DNA of 64,000 nucleotides from the human T2T-CHM13v2.0 reference genome, Homo sapiens. The notes beneath the pieces are model-generated. The model did not search any database, was not told the DNA's origin, and saw only the letters and a program-made list of their open reading frames with translations. The stretch lies in NCBI RefSeq assembly GCF_009914755.1, contig NC_060947.1. One strand, 5' to 3'. The stretch's first letter is position 1, and the number at the start of each line of letters is the position of its first letter. Shown here one piece after another: positions 1-14,688 of this stretch. A program made the position numbers and the translations under genes.

Positions 1-2152
<2,152 letters not shown>

Positions 2153-3401
2153 TTATGTTTTAATAGACATTAATTTTTGAGAGCAATTTAGGTTCATAGC
2201 ATAATTCAGAGTAAAGTACAGAGATTTCCTATATATCTTCTGTCCCCACACATGCGTGGCCTCCCCCATTATCAACATCCCCTACCAGAGTGGCCCGTAG
2301 GTTTGGGCAAATCCATAATGACATGTATTCACCATTACACTGTCATATGGAGCAATTTCACTGCCCTAAATATTTTCTTTGCTTGCCTATTCAACTCTCC
2401 CTCCCCACTACCTCCTGCCAACCATTGATCTTTTTACTGTATCCATACTTTTTCCTTTTCCAGAATGCCATATAGTTGAAATCACATAGTATGTACCCTT
2501 TCCAGAGTGACTTCTTTCACTTAGCCATATGCATTAAAGTTTTCTCCATGTCTCTTCCTGGCTTTATGGCTCATTTCTTTTTAGCATTGAATAATATTGC
2601 ATTGTCTGGATGTGCCACTGTTTATTTATTTATTCACCTTCTGAAGAATATCTTGGTTGCTTCCAAGTTTTGGCCTTTATGAATAAAGCTGCTATAAAGA
2701 TCCATTTGCAGGTTTTTCTGTGAACATAAATTTTCAGCTTCTCTGCGTAAATACCAAGGAGTGCAGTTGCTGAATTGTTCTGTTAGTGTACATTTAGTTT
2801 TGTAAGAAACCACAACTAAACTGTCTTCCAAAGTGGCCGTACCATTTTGCATTCCCACCAACAATGAAGCAGAGTTCCTGTTGCTCTTCAACATCATCAG
2901 CATTTAGTGTTGTCAGTGTTCTAGTTTTTGGCCATTCTAATAGGTGTGTAGTGATATCTCATTGTTGTTTTAATTTGCATTTCCCTGTTGATATATGATG
3001 TAGGGCATCTTTTATCATGCTTATTTGCCACCTGTATGTCTTCTTTGATGAAGTATCTGTTCAGACATTTGGCCTATAATTTTAGTTGGGTTGTTTGCTT
3101 ATTTTCGAGTTTTAAGAGTTCTTTGTATATTTTGGATAACAGTCCTTTATCAGAGATGCCTAATGCAAATATTTTTTCACAGTTGGTGGCTTGTCTTTTC
3201 ATTCTCTTGACAGTGTCTTTCACGGAGCAGAAATTTTAAATTTTAATGAAATCCAGCTTATCATTTCTTTCTTTCAAGGATCATGCCTTTGGTGTTGTAT
3301 CTAAAGTTATCAAACTCAAGGTCATCTAGATTTTCTCCAATGTTATTTTCTAAGATATTTATAGTTTTGCATTTTACATTTAGGTATGTGATATATTTGG
3401 G

Positions 3402-4543
3402 TTTTTTATTTTTAATTTTTATGGATACATAATAGTTGTATATATTTCTGGAGTACACGTGATATTTTGACACAAATATGCAATGTGTAATGATCAAATC
3501 AGGGTAATTAGGGTATCCACCACCTCAAACATTTATTATTTCTTTGTGTTGAGAATATTACAAATTCACTCATCTAGTTATTTTGAAATATACAATAAAT
3601 TATTGTTGACTCTAGTTGCTCTATTCTGCCACCAAAAATTAGATCTTATTCCTTTTATCTAACCATATTTTTGCACCCATTAACCAATCCCTCTTTATCC
3701 CTGCCTCCCCACTACCCTTCCTAGCCTCTGGTAACTGTCATTCTACTCTCTACTTCCATTAGATCAATTTTTTGTTTGTTTGTTTGTTTGTGAGATGGAG
3801 TCTTTCTTGCTCTATCACCCAGGCTTGAGTGCTGTGGCGCAATCTCAGCTCACTGCAACCTCTGCCTCCTGCGCTCAAGAGATTCTTCTGCCTCAGCCTC
3901 CTGAGTGGCTGAGGAGCCCACCACCATGCCTGGCTAATTTTTTGTGTTTTTAGTAAAGATGGGGTTTTACCATGCTAGCCAGGCTGGTCTTGAACTCCTG
4001 ACCTCAAGTGATCTACACGCCTTGGCCTCCCAAAGTGCTGGAATTACAGGTGTGACCCACCACACCCAGCGTTTTTTTTTTTTTACCTCCCACATATAGG
4101 TGAGAATATGTAATATTTGTCTTTCTGGGCCTGGCTGATTTCACTGAACATAATCTCCTACAGTTCTATCCATGTGGTTGCAAATAACAGGATTTCATTC
4201 ATTTTTATGGCCGACTAGAACTCCACCGTGTATATGTACCACATTTTCTTTATCCATTCATCCATTGATAGGTACTTAGGTTGATTCCTTATCTTGGTTA
4301 TTATGAATAATCACTGCAATAAACATGGTGCAGGTATCTCTTTGATATACTGATTTCCTTTCTTTCAGATATATACCCAGCAGTAGGCTTACTGAATCAT
4401 ATGGTACTACTATTTTTTATTTTTTTTAGGAACCTTCATACTGTTTTCCATGTTGGCAGTACAAATTTATATTCACATCAACAATGTACAAGTATTCCCC
4501 TTTCTCCACATCCTTGCCAGCATCCATTATTTCTTGCCTTTTG
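3402..4543 (-). mobile_element. 5'-truncated L1MA-type (L1MA3-5-like) 3' end inserted in the L1MC1-like element
   Basis: T-rich tail, then atggatacataatagttgtatatatt...tgtgtaatgatcaaatcagggtaattagggtatcc...tctagttattttgaaatatacaataaattattg. Host L1 resumes at ~4545. Confidence 0.8.
3768..4070 (-). mobile_element. AluS-type SINE (Sx/Sz-like) nested in the L1MA fragment
   Basis: (TTTG)n tail; gagatggagtct...ctcactgcaacctctgcctcc...gaactcctgacctcaagtgatct...caaagtgctggaattacaggtgtga. Confidence 0.93.
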
Positions 4544-7310
4544 GTTAAGGTTGTAAATTCTGTATTTAGATCATATTTTGTATGTAGATGTCCAGTTGTT
4601 TCAGCCCAATTTGTTGTAAAACTATGTATTCTCCATTGTATTGCCTCTGCAATATAGATCAGCTCACTATATTTATGGGGAAGTCAATTTCTTGGCTCTC
4701 CACTCTGTTCCATTGATTTATATGTCTGTTCTTTTGCCAATATCACACAGTCTTAATCACTATAGTTTTATAGTGTCTTAAAGTCAAATGGTATAAGTCC
4801 TTAAACTTTGTTCTTCTCCTTTAATATTGTGTTGACTATTCGGAGTTTTTTGCCTCTCCATATACACTTTAGAATCAGTTTGTCAATATCCACAAAATAA
4901 CTTGATGAGATTTGATTGGGAATGCTTTTAATCTACAGATCAAGTTGGGAAGAACTGACATCTTGACAATACTGGGTCTTCCTATCTACGTATATAGCTC
5001 TTCTTTGATTTCTTTCATCAGTATTTTGTGGTTTTCTACATATAGATCTTGTACATAATTTTGTTAGATAAATATCTAAGTATTACATTTTTTTGGGGGG
5101 GTGCTAATGTAAATGATGTTGTGTCTTTAATTTCAAATTCCACTTATTCATTTCTGGTATATAGAAAAGTGGCTGAATTTTGTACTATAACCTTGTATCC
5201 TACAATCTTGCTATAATGGCTTGCTAATTCCAGGAGTTCTTTTTCTTCTTGTCAGTTCTTTTAGATTTTCTACGTAGACTAACCTTATTTCCTTTTCTTG
5301 TCTTATCACATTAGATAGGAATTGCAGTATGATATTGGGAAGCAGTGGTGAGAGGGAACATCCTTGCCTTGTTCCTTATCTTAGTGGCAAAGCTTCAAGA
5401 TTTGCCTTTAATTATGATGTTAGCTATAGGGTTTTTGTAGATGGTACATATCAAGTTGAGGAAGTTCACCCTCTATTCCTAGTTTACTGAGAGTGTTTAT
5501 CATTAATAGGTGTTGGATTTTATGAAATGCTTTTCTGTAGCTATTGATATGATCCTGTAATTTTTCTTATTTAGCCTATTGATATAATAGATTACATTAA
5601 TTGATTTTCAAATATTCAACCAGTCTTGCATACCTAGGATAAATCTCACCTAGTCATGGTGTATATCTTTTTATATTGTTGGATTTTATTTGCTAATATT
5701 TTGTTGTTGCTAGTCTGTAGGTTTTTTTTCTTGTAATATTTTTGTACAGTGTTGGTATTAGTGTAATATAGGCCTGATAGAATGAATCAGAAAGTATTCT
5801 GCTTGTATCTTCTGTAGAGAATTGGAATAATTCATTCCTTAAATATTTGTTAGAATTCACCAGTAAACACAGCCTGGAGCTTTCTGTTTTGGACCCACCT
5901 GGCCTTGTGGTTTTCTGTTTTGAAAAGTTATTATCAATTTCATGTCTTTAATAGATATAGACCTATTCAGATTATCTCTTTCTTCTTGTGTGTATTTTGG
6001 CAGATTGTGTCTTTCAAGGAATTGGTCCATTTCATCTAGTTTATAAAATTCGTGGACATAGAGTTGTTCCTAATATTGCTTTATTATTTTTTAATGTCCA
6101 TGCAGCCTTTAGTGGTGTCCCCTTTTTCATTTATGATGTTAGTAATTTGTGTTCCCTCTCTTTTTTTCTTAGTTATCCTGGGTAGAGGCTTATCAATTTT
6201 ATTAACCTTTTTGAAGAACCAGCCTCTGGTTTTGTTAATTTTATTTATTGATTTCATTTTTCTGAATCATTTTCATTTCAGAAATCAATTTCATTGATTT
6301 CTGCTGTAATTTCATTATTTCTTTACTTCTGCTTACTTCAGATTTAATTTGCTCTTCTTTTTCTAGTTTCCTAAGGTGGAAGCTTAGATGGTTGATTTTA
6401 GATCTTTCTTCTTTTCTAAGATATGCATTCAATGCTATAAGTTTTCCTATGAGCACTGCTTTTGCTAAATCCCACAACTTTTGATAAGTTTTGGTTTCGT
6501 TTTTATTTATTTCAGAATATTTTTAAATGTCTCTTGAGATTTGTGTCTTTGACTCATTTGTTATTTAGAAGTTTGTTGCTTAATCTCCAAGTATTTTGGG
6601 ATTTTTTAGCTATTTTTTTGTTGATTTATAGCTTAATTCCATTGTTGTCTGAGAGCAGACATTGTATAATTTCTATTCTTTAAAATTTGTCACAGTGTTT
6701 TTTGTGGCTCAGAATCGGATCTATCCTGGTGAATATTGCATGTAAGCTTGAGAAAAATGTGTATTCTGCTGGTGTTGAATGAAGTAGTCTATAGATGTTC
6801 ACTACACTCAACTGATTATATTGTTGAGTTCAACTGTCCTGAATGATTTTCTGCCTGCTGAATCTGTCCATTTCTGAAATGGAAGGTGGATTTCACTTCT
6901 GAAATCTGTCCATTTCTGGCCACCATCTTTTAATTGATATAGTTAGATAAATATCTATTATATTTGTTACTGTATTTTATTTGTTGCCCTTGTTCTTTGT
7001 TCCTATTTATGCCTGTGATTCTGAGTATTTTCTGTGATTTTAATCTATTTTCTGTGATTACATTTTCTTTCCTCTCTTAGTGTATTAGTTGTATTTCTTT
7101 TTTTCCTTTTTCGGTGGTTGTCCTAGAGTTTGCAATATGCATTTACAACTAATTCAAGTCCACTTTCAAATACTGTACACTTCCTGGGTCATGCAAGTAC
7201 CTTGTAATAACAAAATAATCTTAATTCCTCCCTCTCAACTTTTGTATCATTACTGTCATTCATTTCACTTGTACACCAATATACATAAACACACGCATAT
7301 ACATATATAT

Positions 7311-8104
7311 AGTCATGTGCTGCATAAGTACATTGTAGTTTATGACAGATGACATCTATGACCATGGTCCCATAAGATAATAATGGAGCTGAAAAATTAC
7401 TATCACCTAGTTACATTGTAGCTGTCATAATGTCATAGCACAGTGCATCACTCACATATTTGTGGTGATGCTGGTGTAAACAAGCCTACTGTGCTGCCCG
7501 TCATATAAAAGTATATACATACATAATGTACATGCTGCATACGTGTACATGCTACTCTTATAACACTTAGATTAAAACACACATTGTATAACTGTACAAA
7601 ATATTTTCTTTCTTTATATCCTTAGTCTAGAAACTTAATATCTTAATTAATTAATTTTTTACTTTTTATTTTTTTTTACAACTAAGACACAAACATTCAC
7701 ATTAGCCTAAGCCTAATCAAGTATAATGATAAATTATTATGTCACTGGCTTATGTATTCACTGTACTATACTTTTATTGTTCCTGAAGACCTTCCTTCTG
7801 GTGGTACAAGACATGGAGGTAGAAGACAGTGATATTGATGATCTTGATCCTGCGTAGGCCTAGGCTAATGTGTGTGTTTGTGTCTTAGTTGTAAATAAAA
7901 AAAGTTTAAAAAATAAAAAATTAATTCATTAAAAATTAAGTTTCTAGGCTAAGGATATAAAGAAAGAAAATATTTTGTACAGTTGTACAATGTGTGTTTT
8001 AAGCTAAGTGTTATTATAAGAGTCAAAAAGTTAAAAAATAAAAAGTTCATAAAGTAAAAAAGGTTGCAGCAAGCTAAGTTTAATTTATTATTGAAGAAAG
8101 AAAA
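7311..8104. mobile_element. Tigger3-family (Tigger3b-like) TcMar DNA transposon, left part only, with an internal inverted duplication
   Basis: The TIR-like start agtcatgtgctgcataa follows a TA run. Internal motifs: ggtcccataagataataatggagctgaaaaatt, gtggtgatgctggtgtaaacaagcctactgtgctgcc, gaagacagtgatattgatgatc, gtaggcctaggctaatgtgtgtgtttgtgtcttagtt. Confidence 0.85.
7554..8023. repeat. Long inverted repeat: arm A 7554-7715, arm B 7855-8023, 139-bp spacer
   Basis: The reverse complement of arm A reads attaagtttctagactaaggatataaagaaagaaaatattttgtacagttatacaatgtgtgttttaatctaagtgttataagagt. Arm B reads attaagtttctaggctaaggatataaagaaagaaaatattttgtacagttgtacaatgtgtgttttaagctaagtgttattataagagt. 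Confidence 0.93.
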
Positions 8105-8709
8105 GAGAATGCTATTAGCTTAAAATAGACCCTTATAAATTTAAGATATTTTATGTAGGCCCCATGGTAATCACAAAGCAGAAATTTATAGTAGATACAC
8201 AAAAGAGAAAGGAATGAAAGCAAACCGCTATATAAAATCATCAGATTACAAAGGAAGATAGCAAGCAAGAAAGGAACAAAGGCACTACAAAATAGTCACA
8301 AAATAATTAAACAAAATGGTAGTAGTAGGTCTTTACCTATCAATAATTACTTTAAATGTAAATGGACTAAATTCTCTAATTAAAAGACAGAGTGGCTAAG
8401 TAACCAACTTTAGTTTTAAGGACGCATACAGGCTGAAAGTAAAGAGATGGAAAAAGATATTCCATGCAAATGAACACCAAAAGAGAGCAGCAGTAGCTAC
8501 ACCTATATCATACAAAATAGACTATAAGTAAAAAACCATAACAAGAGGAAAATAAGGTCATTATATAATGACAAAAGTGTCAATTCATCAAGAGTATAAT
8601 AATTGTAAATATATATGCACCCAACATGCAAGTACCTACATATATAAAGCAACTATTAACAGATTTGAAGGGAGAAACAGACAGCAATACAATAATAGTG
8701 GGGTATTTC

Positions 8710-9023
<314 letters not shown>

Positions 9024-11613
9024 TAGTAGGGTACTTCAATACTTTCAACAATGAATCATTCATACAGAAAATCAACATGGAAACATTGGACTTGAATTAC
9101 ACTTTAGACCAAATTGATATAACAGACATATACAGAACATTCCTTCCAAAAGCAGCAGAATACACAATTTTCTGAGGTGCATACAGAACATTTTCCAGGG
9201 TAGATAATATATTAGGCTACAAAACAAGCCTTAAATTTAGGAAGATTGAAATCATATCAAGTATGTTTTCTAACTACTAGACATCCATAACAGGAGGAAA
9301 ACTAGAAAATTCACAAGTATGTGGAAATTAAACAACAGAGTCCTGAACAACTAATGGATCAAAGAAGAAATCAAAGAGGAAATGAAAAATATCTTGAGAT
9401 ACATGAAAATGGAAACACAACATACCAAAATTTATAAGATACAGCAAAAGTAGTTCTAAGAGAGAAGTTTATAGCGACAAATACCAACATTAAGGAAATA
9501 GAAACTATCTCAAACAAACAACTTAAATTTATACCTCAAGGAACTACAAAGAAGAACAAATGAATCCCAACTTTAGCAGAAGGAAGGAAATACAAAAATC
9601 AGAATGGAAGTAAATGAAATAGAGATGAGAAAGACAATATAAACAAAATCAATGAAAGTAAGAGTTGGTTTTTTGAAGATAAAATGGACAAGTTTTAGCT
9701 AGAAAAACATTAAAAAGTGAGAAGACTCAAATAAGTAAAATCAGAAGTAAAAGAGGAGACATTACCACTGAACCCACAGAAATTCAAAGAATCATAAGAA
9801 AATGTTATGAACAATTACACAGAAGCAAATTGGATAATATAGAAAAAATGGATAAATTTCTAGAAACATACAACTGAGCAAGATTGAATAATGAAGAAAT
9901 AGAAAACCTGAACAGACCAATAATGAATAAGGAGATTGGATTAGTAATAAAAAATATCCTAACAAAAAAAAAATCCCTGGACTTGATGGCTTCACTAATG
10001 AATTCTAACAGACATTTAAAGAATACCAATCCTTCTCAAACTCTTCCAAAAACTGAAAAAGAGGAGACATTTCCAAGCTCATTTTATGAGAACAGCATTA
10101 TCCTGATACAAAAGCCAGACAAGGCCACTGCACAAAAAGAAAATTACAGGCCAATATCCCTGAAGAACATAAATGCAAAAATTTTCAAGAAAATACAAAT
10201 TGAATTCATCAGCATATTGAAAGGATCATACATCATAATCAAGTGAAATTTATCTCTGGGATGCAAGGATGGCTTAACATATGGAAATCAAAAAATGTGA
10301 TATGCCATATTAATAGAATGAAGAAAAAAATCATATGACCATCTCAATAGATACGGAAACATTTGACAAAATTCAACATCTTTCCATGATAAAACTGTCA
10401 ACAAATTAGTTATAGAAGGAATGTACCTCAATACAATTAGTGCATATAAGAAAAGCCCATGGCTAAATCAAACTCAACAGTGAAAGACTGAAAACTTTTT
10501 CTCTAAGATAAGTGCCCACTCTTGCCACTTTTATTCAACATACTATTGGAAGTCTTAGCCAGAAGAATTAGGCAAGAAAAATAAATGACATCCATATTGG
10601 AAAGGAAGAAGTTAAATTTTCTCTGCAGATGATATGATTTTGTATATAGAAAACCCTAAAGACTCTATCAAAATAAAAAACCTGTTAAAACTAATGAACA
10701 AATTCAGTAAAGTTGCAGGATATAAAGCCAACATATAAAAAATTAGTACTATTTCTATACACTAACAACAAACTATTCAAAAAGGAAATTAAGCAAACAA
10801 TCCCATTTACAGTAGCAGCAAAAGAACAAAATACTTAGGAATAAATTTAACCAAGGAGGTGAAAGATCTGTACACTGAAAACTATAAAACATTGATAAAA
10901 GAAATTGAAGAATACACAAATAAGTAGAAAACTATCCTATGTTTATGGATTGGAATAATTAATATTGTTAAAATGTCTATACTACCCAAAGCAATCTATA
11001 GATTCAATGCAATCCCTATCAAAATTCCAATGACACTTTTCACAGAAATAGAAAATACAATTCTAAAACTTATATCAAACCTCAAAAGACCCCAAGTAGA
11101 TAAAGCAATCTTGTGAAAGACGAACAAAGCTGAAGGTATCTTTTTTTATTTCAAATTATATTACAAAGCTATAGTAATAAAAACAGTATGGTACTAGCAA
11201 ATTAAAAAAAATACAGACACGGAGAACAATGGGACAGAATAGAGAGCCTAGAAATAACCCATACATATGGTCAACTATTCTTTAACAAAAGTACCAAGAA
11301 TATACAATGGGGAAAGGATAATCCGTTTAACATATTGTGCTGGGAAAACTGGCTAGCCACATGCACAAGAATGAAATTGGGCCCTTGTTTTACACTGTAC
11401 AGAAAAATCAACTAAAAATGGATTAAAGACTGAAATGTAAGACCTGAAAGTGTAAAATTCCTAGAAGCAATCAACAACATGAAAAGGTAAACTACAGAAT
11501 TGGAGAAAAAAATTGCAAACCACATATCCAATAAAGGATTAATATCGAATGTATATAAGAAACTTATACAACTCAATTGCAAAGAAAACAAATAGCTAGA
11601 TTTTTAAAATGAG

Positions 11614-11971
11614 TATCTTAGGCAGTTTGGGCTGCTATAACATAGTACCTTAGGCTGGGTAATTCATAAACAATAGGCATTTATTGCTCACAGTTTTGGA
11701 AGCTGGGGAGTCCAAAACCAAGGCATCAGCTGATTTGGGGTCTGGTGAGAGCCCATTCATCATAGATGGCTTTTTCTATGTCCTCATATAGTGGAAGAGG
11801 AAAACAAGCTCTCTCTGACCTCTTTAATAAGTCCATTGATCCCATCTATGAGGACACAGGCTTCCATGACCAAATCACCTCCCAAAGTCCACACCTCTTA
11901 ATATTATTGTATTGGGGATTAGGTATCAACATACGAATTCTGAGGCAGAACAAAACATTCAGACCATATTA
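11614..11971 (-). mobile_element. MLT1A-like solo LTR (ERVL-MaLR) with a 5-bp TSD ATGAG
   Basis: tatcttaggcagtttgggctgctataaca...atttattgctcacagttttggaagctgg...aatcacctcccaaagtccacacctcttaata...aacattcagaccata. Flanked by atgag at 11609-11613 and 11972-11976; L1 is collinear across it. Confidence 0.9.
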
Positions 11972-12974
11972 ATGAGCAAAGAACCTGAATAGACATTTTT
12001 CCAAAGAAGAGACATGAGTAACCAACAGGTGTGTGAAAAAGTGTTCAATATCATTAATCCCCAAGGAAATACAAATCAAAATGACAATGAGATACCACCT
12101 GACACTTGTTAGTATGGCTATTATCAAATGTCAAGAGATAATAAGTGTTGGCAAGGATGTGGAGAAAAGAGGACCTTTATACACTGTTGGTGGGCATATA
12201 AATTGTTACAGCCATTATGGAGAGCAGTTTTGACGTTCCTCAAAAAATTAAAATAGAATTATAATATATCCATCAATCACACTTCTGGGTATATATTCAA
12301 AGGAAATGAAATCACTTTCTCAGAGAGGTAAGTGCACTCTCATATTTATTGTGACATTATTCACAATAGACAAAATGCGAAAACAACATAAATGCCTGCT
12401 GACGAATGAAATTTTAACAAAGTGGTACACACACACATATGCACACATACAAATACAATGAAATATTATTCAGCCTTTAAAAAGAAGGAAATTTGCAATG
12501 ACTTGAATGTACCTAGAGGACATTATGCTAAATAAAGTAAGCCATGCACAGAAAGAAAAATACTGCATAATATCACACATATGTGGAACTTTTAAAAGTC
12601 AAACTCATAAGAACAGAAAGTAGAAGGGTGGTAACCAGGGGCTGGAGGGTGGGAAAAATGAGGAGATGTTGGTCAAAGGGTATAAATTTTCAGTTATAAG
12701 ATGATTAAGTTCTGAAGATCTAATGTACAGCATGGTGACTACAGTTAATAATACTGTATTCTGTGCTTGAAATTTGCTAAGAGAGTAGATCTTATGAGTT
12801 CTCACCACAAAAAGGGTAACTATGTGAGCTGATAGAGATGTTAATTAGCTTGATTGTGGTAATCATTTCACAATGTATTCATGTATCAAATCATCATGCT
12901 GTACAACTTAATATATAACATTTGTATTGGTCAATCGTACCTCAGTAAAGTTGGGGAGGGGGCGGGAAGAAAAC

Positions 12975-13896
12975 AATTCTGTGTGCAAGATCATCAAAAA
13001 GAATAAGAATATTTAGTAATAAATTTAACCAAGCAGGTGCTAGACTTGTACTTTGAAGCCTACAAAACTTTACTGAAAGAAATTAAAAGATAGCCTTAAA
13101 AAGTGGAAAGACATCTCAAGTTCATAGGTTGAAAGACTTAATATTGAAAATATGGTAATACTCCCTAAAGCAATCTGCAGATTTAATACAGTATGTATCA
13201 AAATCCTAATGGTCTTTGTTCTAGAAATGAAAAAGCTGATCCTAAAATTCGTACGGAATTGCAAGCAATCCCAAATAGCCAATACAATCTTGAATAAGAA
13301 GAAAAAAGTTAGAGGACCCACACTTTCCAATTTCAATGCCTACTACAAAGCTACAGTAATCAAAATGGTGTGGTATTGGCATAAAGATAGACATATAGAT
13401 CAGTGGAATAAAATCAAGAATCCAGAAATAATCCCATACGTCTATGATCAATTGATTTCTTACAAGAGTGCCAAAACCAGATTGCCATTTTACCATGGAG
13501 TGAAAACTATGTCTTCAACAAATGTTGCTGGGACAAATGTATATCCACATGCAAAATAATGAAGTTGAACCCTTACCTTACACCATATATAAAAATTAAC
13601 TCAAAATTGAGGAAAGACCTAAATTTAAGAGCTAAAACTGTAAAACTTTTACAAGAAAACATGAGGACAAATCTTCATGACCTTCAATTTGGCGATGGAT
13701 TCTTAGATATGACACCAAAAACACAAGCAACAAAAGAAACTATAGATAAATTTGACTTCATACATATTAAAAGCTTGTGTGAATCAAAGGACACTATCAA
13801 GAGAATAAAAAGATAACCTACAGAATGGGAGAAAATACTTGCAAATCATAACTCTGACGGGGGTTAAATATTCAGAAATATAAAAAAATCTTAAAA
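12975..13896 (+). mobile_element. Second + strand L1 ORF2 fragment (L1MB/MC-like)
   Basis: ORFs 13152..13559 (ILPKAICRFN...YYKATVIKMVWYWHKDRHIDQWNKI) and 13559..13816 (KLNPYLTPYIKINSK) are classic L1 ORF2 C-terminal-half sequence. Confidence 0.88.
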
Positions 13897-13898
13897 TG

Positions 13899-14040
13899 TG
13901 TGATGGTTAGTCTTATGTGTCAACTTGGCTAGGTTATAGTATGCACTTATGTAATCAAACTCTAATCATTGTGTTGGTTCTGAAGGTATTTTGTAGATAT
14001 GGTTAGAATCTACAATTAATTAGCTGACTTTATGTAAAGG
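13899..14040 (+). mobile_element. MLT2-type LTR (ERVL), 5' fragment only
   Basis: tgtgatggttagtcttatgtgtcaacttggctagg...tgaaggtattttgtagatatggtta...gctgactttatgtaaagg matches the recalled MLT2 start. It is truncated at the purine microsatellite. Confidence 0.75.
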
Positions 14041-14248
14041 AGAAAGAAGAAAGAAAAAAAGAAAGAGAGAGAAGGAAGGAAGGAAGGAAGGGAGGGAGGG
14101 AGGCAGGGAGGGAGGGAGGGAAAGAAAGAAAGAGAAGAGAAAGAAAGAAAGGAAGGAAGGAAGGAAAGAAAAAGAAGGAAAGAAAGAAAGAAAGGAAGGA
14201 AGGGAAAGGAAAGGAAAGGAAGGAAGGAAAGAAAGAAAAAGAAAGAGA
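14036..14248. repeat. Compound purine microsatellite (GAAA/GGAA/GGGA)n, ~213 bp
   Basis: All purine on the + strand except a single C at 14104. Confidence 0.97.
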
Positions 14249-14249
14249 C

Positions 14250-14688
14250 AGGTCTGGTGCATTTCAAAATGGTTCCTTTTCCCCTCCCACTGCTGGAAGT
14301 ATGAAGGGATTTTTCTCCAATATTCGGCATGAGAACCTGGTGGAGCTCCAGGAGATAAAACTCACAAAAGTGCCCCCCGGTCCCAACCCATGGCTGGGTC
14401 TCCCTGGAATTTTTATTTCTCAGGCTTGTCCACACTAAGTCTTCAGCAATTCAACAATTATAGTTCAGATTTCTCCAACTGGGCACTGGTTCCTGCCAGG
14501 TTTCTGCTCTGGTAAGCTGTGATTGTCTGTATTTGCCTATCAGTCTATCCAATTTTGGGGGCAGTGGTTTGCCCTGTGGCCTTATTTCTCTTACAGATCT
14601 AAGAAGAGTTGAAATTTTCAGTTTGTTCAGCTTTTTACTTGTTGTTAGGATGGAGTGGCCACTTCCATGCTTCTTACATGCCAGATTC
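14250..14688 (-). mobile_element. L1 5' UTR segment (L1MC/MD-type 5' end), probably the 5' end of the element whose 3' end is at 2153
   Basis: gggggcagtggtttgccctgtg...agatctaagaagagttg...ttttcagtttgttcagctttttacttgttgttaggatggagtggccacttcc resembles the recalled L1MDa-type 5' terminus. The outer L1 resumes immediately after it. Confidence 0.65.

Larger units (their letters stand above)
2153..7310 (-). mobile_element. L1MC1-like LINE-1 (3' end at ~2153, running through ORF2), interrupted at ~3402-4543
   Basis: The 3' UTR resembles the recalled L1MC1 end (gagcaatttaggttcatagc...gtacagagatttcctatat...cctcccccattatcaacatcccctaccagagtgg). ORF2 remnants: 2634..2903 (LLVGMQNGTATLEDSL) and 6241..6477 (WDLAKAVLIGKLIALNAYLRKEERSKINHLSFHLRKLEKEEQ). 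Confidence 0.85.

Noticed and set aside
13152-13816. ORFs of 135 and 85 aa with clear protein-like sequence
   Set aside because: They are L1 ORF2 remnants, broken by stops and frameshifts and lacking the EN/RT core. They are not a host gene or an active element.
14016-14435. 139-aa F/L/S/P-rich ORF, and likewise the ORFs at 30288-30779
   Set aside because: Translations of purine/pyrimidine microsatellites.
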